Origin: a virus
Reading direction: 5' to 3' (one strand)
IMG/VR virus record: IMGVR_UViG_3300045988_167582
DNA: 64,000 bases
This document shows, one piece after another, positions 16,839-24,720 of this stretch (its first letter is position 1; every line of letters begins with the position of its first letter). The notes under the pieces were generated by a model. It saw only the letters and a program-made list of their open reading frames with translations, was not told the origin of the DNA and did no database searches. A program made the translations under genes and the position numbers.

Positions 16839-18310
16839 TTAAAATGAATCCAATGCTTTTGATTGACTTTTATAAAGCCGTTCACGCCGAAATGCTACCG
16901 AAGCACATGACAAAATCGGTATCCTATTATACCCCTCGTATGAGTCGAGTGAATCGCTGGGATAAGGTCGTCATGTTCGGTTTGCAGGGATTTATTAAGA
17001 CATATCTCATCGATTACTTCAATGAGGAGTTCTTTGCGAAACCTTTTAAGACGGTGATGGCTGATTATCAGCGAGTAATGGACGCGTCTCTTGGAAAGGG
17101 CATTTATGGTATGAAAAAAATCGAAAATCTCCATAAGCTTGGCTATCTTCCGATTGAGATTGTCGCCATTCCAGAGGGCACCCGTGTTCCGATGCATTGC
17201 CCAATGTTTGGAATCACAAATACACTCCCTGATTTTGCTTGGCTTCCCCAGTCTCTCGAAAGCCTCATCTCCGCTGAGAGCTGGCATCCTATGCTGGCTG
17301 CTACCGTAGGATACACCTACAGAGAAATCGTAAATCATTATTACGGTTTAACTTGTGATGACAACATTCCTCGAGCAAAGGCGCTTGGCGCGTTTGATTT
17401 TCGAGGCGAAGAAAGCTTGGAGTCTGCCATTAAAGCCGGAGCAGGGTGGTGTATGTCATTCCTGAATACAGCAACAGTCCCTGTTATTCCGTATTTGGAG
17501 AGTGTATATAATTGTGACTGCACTAAGGAGCTTGTGGCTTTTGGCAGCCCGAGTACAGAGCACTCTGTTATGTGCTCGAACTATGCGGTTGATGGTGATG
17601 AAATCACACTACTCAGACGGCTACTCACGGAGATTTATCCCAATACCAGTTTCTCCGCCGTGCTTGACTCATATGATTACTGGAATGTAATTGACAATAT
17701 TCTTCCGCAAATCAAGGATGAGATTCTTGCGCACAATGGATGTATGTTAATGCGCGGTGATTCCGGTGACTGCGTAGAGGTTGTGACAAAGACGGTTTTC
17801 AAGCTCTGGGGAGAATTCGGCGGTACAATTAACAGTAAGGGGTACAAGGTACTTGACCCCCATGTAAAGGCTATCTACGGAGACAGCATTACCGTTCAGC
17901 GCTGTGAGGAGATTTACAAGATTTTGATGGGGCACGGATTTGCCTGCTCCAATGTCGCTCTTGGCGTCGGTTCTTTCTCTTTTCAGTGTATTGAAGAAGA
18001 CGGAATATTAAAGCCATTTACGAGAGACACATTTAGTTCCTGTATTAAGGCAACCTACTGCGAAATTGACGGGAAGCCTCTCCCAATTTTCAAAAACCCC
18101 AAAGACGGTGGATTCAAAAAGAGTCAAAAGGGGTGCTGTGTGGTTTACAAAGACAACGATAACGGACTCTGTTATAAGGACGAGTTTACTTGGGACGAAG
18201 CATATAGTGATTCACGAAATATGCTTGTACCCGTGTTTAAGGACGGCGTAATGACAAAGGAGTTTACTCTTGAAGAGGTCAGAGCCAATCTGCATGGAGG
18301 TAATTTCTAA
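16835..18310 (+). CDS. nicotinamide phosphoribosyltransferase (NAMPT/NadV)-family protein; possibly Namat-type
   Basis: N-terminal LLIDFYKAVH and the overall length and pattern fit the NAMPT family; 4-nt overlap with the Prs-like gene. Confidence 0.8.
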   Translation: MIKMNPMLLIDFYKAVHAEMLPKHMTKSVSYYTPRMSRVNRWDKVVMFGLQGFIKTYLIDYFNEEFFAKPFKTVMADYQRVMDASLGKGIYGMKKIENLHKLGYLPIEIVAIPEGTRVPMHCPMFGITNTLPDFAWLPQSLESLISAESWHPMLAATVGYTYREIVNHYYGLTCDDNIPRAKALGAFDFRGEESLESAIKAGAGWCMSFLNTATVPVIPYLESVYNCDCTKELVAFGSPSTEHSVMCSNYAVDGDEITLLRRLLTEIYPNTSFSAVLDSYDYWNVIDNILPQIKDEILAHNGCMLMRGDSGDCVEVVTKTVFKLWGEFGGTINSKGYKVLDPHVKAIYGDSITVQRCEEIYKILMGHGFACSNVALGVGSFSFQCIEEDGILKPFTRDTFSSCIKATYCEIDGKPLPIFKNPKDGGFKKSQKGCCVVYKDNDNGLCYKDEFTWDEAYSDSRNMLVPVFKDGVMTKEFTLEEVRANLHGGNF

Positions 18311-19119
18311 TGGATTACGAAGAATATATGAGAAAATTTAACGCAAAAGCGGTAAAAGACGGAGTTGTCTCATGGATTCGCCAGTGGTTTAAAACAAACG
18401 GCAATGGGTGTAATGCCGTTGTCGGTATTTCCGGCGGGAAAGACAGCTCAGTCGTTGCTGCACTGTGCGTTGAAGCGCTTGGAAAAGAAAGAGTAGTTGG
18501 TGTGTTAATGCCGAATCACGAACAGGCAGATATCGGTTCAGCGTACAAGTTGGTTGACCACCTTGGCATTATGTATACCGTTGTCAATATCGGCGGTGCT
18601 GTTGACTATTTATCCAGTCACGTTGATTCAAGCATTTTAAGAACAGCGAAATTATTTAGTTCGCAGGTTAGCTTAAAAATGTCCGTCCAATCAAAAACAA
18701 ATCTGCCTTGCCGAATCCGCATGGCTACGCTTTACGCGGTTTCACAGAGTGTCAACGGCAGGGTTGCCAACACTTGCAATCTCAGCGAGGATTGGGTCGG
18801 GTACTCAACGCGATACGGAGATTCCGTTGGTGATTTCAGTCCTCTGTCAATGTTAACAACGGATGAGGTGATTGCAATCGGCAAGGAATGTGGCATTCCG
18901 AACGAGCTTATCGAAAAAGTACCATCGGATGGGCTTTGCGGTAAAACCGATGAAGAAAATCTTGGCTTCTCCTATAGAGTTCTTAACGAATATATCAGAA
19001 CAGGGCATTGTGACGACGAACGAATCCGAGTGCTAATCGACGAAAAGCACAGCAAAAGCTTATTTAAGCTCTTGCCGATGCCGGTTTTCTTATATGAACC
19101 CATAAGAATCACGTGTTGA
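18310..19119 (+). CDS. nadE: NH3-dependent NAD+ synthetase
   Basis: PP-loop GISGGKDSSVVAAL; NadE-sized (269 aa). Confidence 0.9.
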   Translation: MDYEEYMRKFNAKAVKDGVVSWIRQWFKTNGNGCNAVVGISGGKDSSVVAALCVEALGKERVVGVLMPNHEQADIGSAYKLVDHLGIMYTVVNIGGAVDYLSSHVDSSILRTAKLFSSQVSLKMSVQSKTNLPCRIRMATLYAVSQSVNGRVANTCNLSEDWVGYSTRYGDSVGDFSPLSMLTTDEVIAIGKECGIPNELIEKVPSDGLCGKTDEENLGFSYRVLNEYIRTGHCDDERIRVLIDEKHSKSLFKLLPMPVFLYEPIRITC

Positions 19120-19131
19120 GATTTTAATAAA

Positions 19132-19290
19132 ACCCACAATGTAGATTGATTGCAAATTGAGTATTTATACATATGTGCAGTCGCTCGTCGCTGTTAGTGC
19201 GAGTATGAAATTGAAAACGGTTCTCCGGAAAAGCACAACCCATAAGGCGTTCTGCGTCCGTGCACGCCTTCTGAGTTACGGATTGTGGGT
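19132..19290 (+). ncRNA. retron-like structured RNA element, copy D (shortest)
   Basis: acccacaat 19132-19140 pairs with attgtgggt 19282-19290; G at 19141; gtagattgattgc box; hairpin ctcgtcGCTGTTAGTgcgag at 19184-19203; G at 19281. Confidence 0.55.
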
Positions 19291-19301
19291 AATATTTATA
19301 T

Positions 19302-19416
19302 GCCGATGTAGTTTTAAGCTGCGATAAAGAGCTGAGCCTTTTCAGTGACTGCGTATGAGGGTAAAACTTGCTCAGGATGTGTGAGTAGAATGCAGGTTCA
19401 AGTCCTGCCGTCGGCA
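19302..19416 (+). other. 115-nt tRNA-like element without encoded CCA
   Basis: 7-bp acceptor gccgatg/cgtcggc and a perfect T arm gcagg-ttcaagt-cctgc. The middle holds a 6-bp stem ctgagc/gctcag enclosing 32 nt instead of a normal anticodon arm. Confidence 0.4.
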
Positions 19417-19421
19417 ACTAT

Positions 19422-19497
19422 GCTGGTGTAGCTCAGTTGGTAGAGCAGCTGATTTGTAATCAGCCGGTCGGGGGTTCGAGTCCGTCCACCAGCTCCA
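19422..19497 (+). tRNA. tRNA-Thr (anticodon TGT), CCA encoded
   Basis: Acceptor gctggtg/caccagc, D arm gctc-agttggta-gagc, anticodon arm gctga-tttgtaa-tcagc; one G-G mismatch in the T stem. Confidence 0.8.
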
Positions 19498-19715
19498 AAA
19501 TAGGAGAGCTATACTCCGAGGCACCCTTGGGGTCTGGAGCAACAAGGAAAAATAACGTCCCCAGAATGGTTTGCGGTAGTCAGAAGAAAACCGCCGAAAA
19601 CCGAAAGGTTTGGAGAGCAAAAGTGTTGGATAGGTCGGCACCCCACATGGCATTAGAGGCGTGGATAAGGACAAGGCGTGGAAATCTGCGGAAGCGCGAA
19701 AAACCACAGTTATTT

Positions 19716-19808
19716 GGAGAGTTAGCCTAATTGGTTAAGGCACCGGTCTTGAAAACCGGCGTTCCGTAGCAATGCGGATTCAGGGTTCGAGTCCCTGACT
19801 CTCCGCCA
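19716..19808 (+). tRNA. tRNA-Ser (anticodon TGA), class II, CCA encoded
   Basis: Acceptor ggagagt/actctcc, anticodon arm ccggt-cttgaaa-accgg, long variable arm, T arm caggg-ttcgagt-ccctg. Confidence 0.9.
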
Positions 19809-19834
19809 AAATAATAAATAGCGAGGTGATTTTA

Positions 19835-20011
19835 ATGGTTTTTGTTCCGTATGAAAAGCTCTCAAAGAAAAAGCAGAAAGAAATTGACGCGCAGAAGCGA
19901 GGAATATGGGGCGAAATTTGCCCGATTACGAGGAAAACCAAAAACCTCACAGTATATAATCGCCAAAACGAAAAGAAAAACGCGAGGAGGGATATAAATG
20001 ACTCTTACTGA
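19835..20011 (+). CDS. small basic hypothetical protein (58 aa)
   Basis: gaggtga RBS before the ATG at 19835; K/R-rich. Confidence 0.5.
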   Translation: MVFVPYEKLSKKKQKEIDAQKRGIWGEICPITRKTKNLTVYNRQNEKKNARRDINDSY

Positions 20012-21278
20012 AAAAGTGATTGCACTTCAGGAGTTAAATGGAGCGAATGAAAAACAGAGATTTCTGAAAGAGAATGCGGATGACGCCCGGTTCACAAAGT
20101 TTCTGTATTATGCGCTAAATCCACTTCTTACATACAATCTTTCGGAGAATACGCTTCGGGATAAGCCGGATAATTCTCCGTGCAAAGGGTTTATTACCTT
20201 TACAGATATCTTTGATTGCTGTGAGCAGTTGTCCCGCTTACGAGGACTTGATGATGCGACGGTTCGTCAGGTAAAAAACTTTTTGTACAATCAAATTGAT
20301 AAGGACGCGACCCGTGAGATTTTTATTAAGCTTCTGGCGAAAACTTTGAGACTTGGAGTAACCGCAAAGACTGTTAACAAAGTGATTCCCAACTTACTTC
20401 CGGAGTGGGAAGTTCAGCAGGCGTATCCGATAGATAAGTATCCGGTCTCAAGCGGTACAGAGTTTTGGTTGACCCAAAAACTGAACGGTGTGCGTGCAAC
20501 ATTATATAATGGTCAACTTATCGCACGAAGCGGCGTTCCGTTCAAGGGTCTTGACCACATACTCAAGGAACTTCGATGGGCTGATTGCGCTCATATTGCT
20601 TTGGACGGTGAGCTTACGCTTGTAGATACGCATGGGTTAAGAGACAATGAGGCTTTCCGTGAGGCAACCGGTATTCTGAACTCGGATGATGAGCATAAAA
20701 CAGGGATTTGCTTCACAATTTTTGACGCAATTCCTTATGCAGATTTTGATAGCGCCAACCCAAAGGTTTCTTATTCTCATCGGAGAACCATTCTTAACGA
20801 GGTAGAGGAGACGGTGAGTAACTCGGAATGTGTAAGAGTGCTACCGGTGCTTTACCACGGCAAAGACCTGCGGAAAATTGATGAACTTCTTGAGCAGATG
20901 ATTCGAGAGGATAAAGAGGGCTTAATGCTCAATACCGATGTGCCGTATAAGAGAACAAGACACAAAGGCATTCTGAAAATCAAGCGGTTTTACACAATGG
21001 ATTTACCGATTACCGGAGTTGAGGAAGGAAGCGGCAGACTCACCGGTAGGTTAGGGGCTTTTGTGCTTGACTACAAAGGAAATGAAGTAAAAGTCGGTTC
21101 CGGGTTTACGGATGAACAGCGCAGAGGTTATTGGGATATGCGTAACAGCCTTATAGGTCAACTGTGTGAAGTAAAGTACAAGGAAATCTCCTATGACAAA
21201 AACACAGGGCTTGAAAGTCTCCAATTCCCCGTATTTGTACAGTTGCGAGCCGATAAGACGGAGGTAAGCTATGGCTGA
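19998..21278 (+). CDS. ATP-dependent DNA (or nucleic-acid) ligase
   Basis: Motif I TQKLNGVR (KxxG), EGLMLN, and ILKIKRF (motif V-like). Confidence 0.85.
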   Translation: MTLTEKVIALQELNGANEKQRFLKENADDARFTKFLYYALNPLLTYNLSENTLRDKPDNSPCKGFITFTDIFDCCEQLSRLRGLDDATVRQVKNFLYNQIDKDATREIFIKLLAKTLRLGVTAKTVNKVIPNLLPEWEVQQAYPIDKYPVSSGTEFWLTQKLNGVRATLYNGQLIARSGVPFKGLDHILKELRWADCAHIALDGELTLVDTHGLRDNEAFREATGILNSDDEHKTGICFTIFDAIPYADFDSANPKVSYSHRRTILNEVEETVSNSECVRVLPVLYHGKDLRKIDELLEQMIREDKEGLMLNTDVPYKRTRHKGILKIKRFYTMDLPITGVEEGSGRLTGRLGAFVLDYKGNEVKVGSGFTDEQRRGYWDMRNSLIGQLCEVKYKEISYDKNTGLESLQFPVFVQLRADKTEVSYG

Positions 21279-21609
21279 TTTTGATAGAGAACAAGCGGAG
21301 CAAGAGCTGTATGAAAGAATGCTCGCAGAGCTCAGCACCTTTCGAGATTCGCTGTTGAGGCTTTCTCCCTCAGAGATAATCAGTAACTATAACCCATACG
21401 AACTCGTTTATAAAGAAGATATACTGATGTGCTTTGAGGATGACGAGTTATGCTTAAGCGATGAAAATGTTCTGGTTTTGCTTGAAAAGGAGAACCCGCT
21501 TGACTGGCTTTACCAGTCTTGGTGTGACTCCGGCATTTCTCACATGGATATGATGCGTGAATTCATTCACGATACAGTACAGGCACAGGAGGTGTCCAAT
21601 AATGATTAA
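21271..21609 (+). CDS. hypothetical acidic protein (112 aa)
   Basis: Start overlaps the ligase stop; no motif recognised. Confidence 0.6.
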   Translation: MADFDREQAEQELYERMLAELSTFRDSLLRLSPSEIISNYNPYELVYKEDILMCFEDDELCLSDENVLVLLEKENPLDWLYQSWCDSGISHMDMMREFIHDTVQAQEVSNND

Positions 21610-22105
21610 AATCGTAGACGGCGATATTTTTAACTGTGATGCAGATGCAATTCTACACCAAGTAAATTGTCAGGGTGTTATGGGGAGCGGAGTTGCTAAG
21701 CAAGTGCGAGAAAAGTTCCCTACGGTATTCAAGTATTATAAAGCTCGTTGTGATGAGGATAAGCGTTTCAAGGAGCAGTCCGGTATCACGAAATCGAGCC
21801 TGCTCGGTTTAGCACAGGTGTGTTATAAAGATGATTACCCCGTTGGTGATATTAAGGATAAACAGGTTATTATCAATCTGTTTGCACAGGACAGATATGG
21901 TTACGACGGTAACTGCTACACTGACTATGAGGCTCTTCGTAAATGCCTAAAGACGGTCAACAAGCAGTTTTCTGGCAAAAGAGTAGCCATTCCGTATCTT
22001 ATGGCTTGCCACAGAGGCGGTGGAGACTGGGATACGGTTTATCAGATGATAGTTGAGGAATTAGCTGATTGCGATGTAACCTTATATCGATATACCGCCG
22101 GGTAA
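21602..22105 (+). CDS. macro-domain protein (ADP-ribose binding/hydrolase family)
   Basis: IVDGDIFNCDADAILHQVNCQGVMGSGVAKQVREKFP is a typical macro-domain N-terminus; ggaggtg RBS. Confidence 0.85.
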   Translation: MIKIVDGDIFNCDADAILHQVNCQGVMGSGVAKQVREKFPTVFKYYKARCDEDKRFKEQSGITKSSLLGLAQVCYKDDYPVGDIKDKQVIINLFAQDRYGYDGNCYTDYEALRKCLKTVNKQFSGKRVAIPYLMACHRGGGDWDTVYQMIVEELADCDVTLYRYTAG

Positions 22106-22115
22106 GGAGGAGCCA

Positions 22116-22514
22116 ATGTGTAAAAATAAACAAGCGCCTCCGCAATTTTCTGCAAACATAAGCGGGTTTTGTGCTATGGCTGAGAATGCTAAGAGGGATT
22201 ACGAATGGAATCGAGAAGAGGTAAATCGCCTTGATAGACTGACGCAAGACTACTTGCATATGCTCGAACTTGACGGACTTGATTATAAAGAACGCGCCAA
22301 GGTCGCCACAAAACTGTCTCAGTGCAGACAACTTCGCAGGAACTCAAAAGACACAGTTGAAATTTTAGAACCATTCATTATGTTTTTGGATAGCGACAAA
22401 GGAAAGAACATGATGAACCTTGTTCGAGAGGCTCTCGGAAAGACCCGGAAAGTAGAGGAGCGAATGATGGGAAGAACCTACAGATTCAAGGTTTATGAGG
22501 GGAGATGTGAGTAA
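22116..22514 (+). CDS. hypothetical protein (132 aa)
   Basis: aaggagg RBS. Confidence 0.6.
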   Translation: MCKNKQAPPQFSANISGFCAMAENAKRDYEWNREEVNRLDRLTQDYLHMLELDGLDYKERAKVATKLSQCRQLRRNSKDTVEILEPFIMFLDSDKGKNMMNLVREALGKTRKVEERMMGRTYRFKVYEGRCE

Positions 22515-22804
22515 TGGATGAGGTTAATAACTTTTTAAAACGATTTCATCTGTCGAGCAATGTTGACGAGGTGTTCACCTGCGGTTGTTGCTATTGGTTC
22601 GCGGCAATCCTGTTTCGCAGATTTATCAGAAACGGTGCGGAAATCGTGTATTCAGTAGAAGATAATCACTTCGGCACAAAGATTAGAGGAAAGGTTTATG
22701 ACATAACCGGAGATGTTACGACTAAGTACAACTGGATTTCGTGGCTCAATTATAGTGATTCAGCTCATAAAGAAAGAATTGTTCGTGATTGCATTATGTT
22801 TTAG
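22514..22804 (+). CDS. hypothetical protein (96 aa)
   Basis: ATG overlaps the upstream stop (taATGg). Confidence 0.6.
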   Translation: MDEVNNFLKRFHLSSNVDEVFTCGCCYWFAAILFRRFIRNGAEIVYSVEDNHFGTKIRGKVYDITGDVTTKYNWISWLNYSDSAHKERIVRDCIMF

Positions 22805-22961
22805 GAGGTGAAATGTCAATGCGTGAAAGAAGTTGTGTGTCCAGTCCCGACATACTTCAGAATTGTTCATCAACTTATCAAGTACGATGATGCGATAGCG
22901 ACAAGATAAGTTCTTCACACTTTTTTCAAAATATTTTTATTGTTTCTGGGATTAAATATTA

Positions 22962-23255
22962 ACTTGTAATGTAGATTGCTATCTTGCATAGCGCTTCTCG
23001 CTGTAAGCAGAAGTATCGCATTGGTGGGAAATAGAACAGGGGATGACGACCCTGTAAGCCTCACTCAGGCGAGCTAATCGCCGTCAGTGAAGCTCAAAGA
23101 CAGACAACCAATCAAAAGAACATCCAAACGCATTGTGTAGCAACGCGAATCACCCAGCAAAACAGTCAACTAACCATATGAAACAGAGGTTCAGTTGGGC
23201 AGGTATCTATAGTGCAGCGATTCATGATGCGGCAATGTAATATAAGATTACAAGT
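22962..23255 (+). ncRNA. retron-like structured RNA element, copy E
   Basis: acttgtaat 22962-22970 pairs with attacaagt 23247-23255; G at 22971; gtagattgc box; hairpin cttctcGCTGTAAGCagaag at 22994-23013; G at 23246. Confidence 0.55.
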
Positions 23256-23449
23256 GAACGCGAAACGTTAGGGTGTGACAACAAAGCACCCAATGAAAGG
23301 TTGGGATTTTTAATGTGGTTATCTACCGCACCTAAAGAAGAAATTAAAAAGGTGGTTTATAACCGTAAATAACTTGAGTAATATACTGAATCACGGCTGC
23401 GGATGTGATGAGGTGTGTTATATTAAATAAACTTGAAGGAGTAAGATAA

Positions 23450-24406
23450 TTGACTATTTTTCTAAAAATCGTTTCTCTTTTACTTTTTGCGAGCGCATTC
23501 GCCGTCCCGGCAATTGTAAACTATGTACGACGTGAAAACTCTTATGATGACAACTATAAAAGAGTTCCCAAGAGATGGACTGTTGTTACTACATTAGTGG
23601 CAGCGGTTCTTTTTATTGTCTCTTGTGCTTTTGTCATCATTCCGACTGGGTACACAGGCGTTCGTACAACATTCGGGCAGATTGATAGCGTCACTATGCA
23701 GAACGGGTTTAATTGGAAAGTTCCGTTCGCACAGACTGTGCGAACGGTGAACAACAAGCAGCAGGATTTGCTTTTTGAAAAAGATAAGATTTGGTCTGAA
23801 ACGGAAAGCCGAACAGCAATTTATTATGAGGGCGTAACGGTTACATATCAGATTAGCGCCGAAAAATCCGCGTGGATTTATGCGAATGTTGCAAACTACA
23901 AAGAGGTGCTGGTTTCATCCAATCTGGTTGCATCTGCAATCAAGTCGAGCAGCAAGAGCCTGAGCGATACCGATGCGACAAATCGAGCCGTGGTTGAGCC
24001 TCTTACTATGCAGAACCTTCAGAAATCTCTTGATGAAAAATATGGGGAAAATGTTGTGTTCGTAAATAAAGTGACAATCAGCAACATTGATTTTGAAGAT
24101 TCTTACAATGCGGCAATCGCTGCAAAGCAGCAGGCGCAGCTCAATGCAGAGCAGCAGGCAATTGAAAATCAGCGTGCAATCGATAAAGCAGAAGCTGACG
24201 CGGAGGTAAAGTGCAGGACTGCGCAGGCAGAAGCCGATGCTAAACTCATTACAGCGCAGGCTGAGGCAGAAGCGAACACTCTTCTGGAAAAATCGCTGAC
24301 AAGTCAGATTTTACAGGAAAAGTATATTGAAAAATGGAATGGACAGATGCCCAATGTGATTGCCGGAGATGACGGTACATCCATTCTGGTTCAGCCCACT
24401 CCGTAA
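23450..24406 (+). CDS. SPFH/Band-7 (prohibitin-like) membrane protein
   Basis: TTG start after gaaggag; N-terminal TM segments, TGYTGVRTTFGQI ... NWKVPF SPFH core, and an A/E/Q-rich coiled-coil tail. Confidence 0.85.
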   Translation: MTIFLKIVSLLLFASAFAVPAIVNYVRRENSYDDNYKRVPKRWTVVTTLVAAVLFIVSCAFVIIPTGYTGVRTTFGQIDSVTMQNGFNWKVPFAQTVRTVNNKQQDLLFEKDKIWSETESRTAIYYEGVTVTYQISAEKSAWIYANVANYKEVLVSSNLVASAIKSSSKSLSDTDATNRAVVEPLTMQNLQKSLDEKYGENVVFVNKVTISNIDFEDSYNAAIAAKQQAQLNAEQQAIENQRAIDKAEADAEVKCRTAQAEADAKLITAQAEAEANTLLEKSLTSQILQEKYIEKWNGQMPNVIAGDDGTSILVQPTP

Positions 24407-24446
24407 GGTCAATAAAATAACGGCGCAGAACCGCAGACCTGCACCG

Positions 24447-24689
24447 TAATCACAATGTAGATTGATTGCTTTCAGGTTTAATACATATACAGGCAATCAC
24501 TCCTGCTGTCAGCAAGAGTATCAAGATGAGTCTTGCACTTCGGCTGGCGGACACACAATTTGCGAGCAAGCTCTAAGGAGCTTGCTCGTGTTCTTTGAAT
24601 CCCACGGATTCAAAGAACTGCCAGCCGAAGTGGCACTTATAGGTACAACAAATAAGTTCAAGGAACCTATTTGTTACAGATTGTGATTG
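24447..24689 (+). ncRNA. retron-like structured RNA element, copy F
   Basis: (t)aatcacaat 24447-24456 pairs with attgtgatt(g) 24680-24689; G at 24457; gtagattgattgc box; hairpin ctcctGCTGTCAGCaagag at 24500-24518; G at 24679. The interior has 11-13 bp helices. Confidence 0.55.
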
Positions 24690-24720
24690 AAAGATTTAAC
24701 TATGAAAGGCGGAATAAACG

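Noticed and set aside
19139-19152. The box aatgtagattg recalls the ...GTAGAT end of Cas12a CRISPR repeats.
   Set aside because: There is no repeat-spacer periodicity and no cas genes. The box sits inside a larger structured element, so the resemblance is coincidental.
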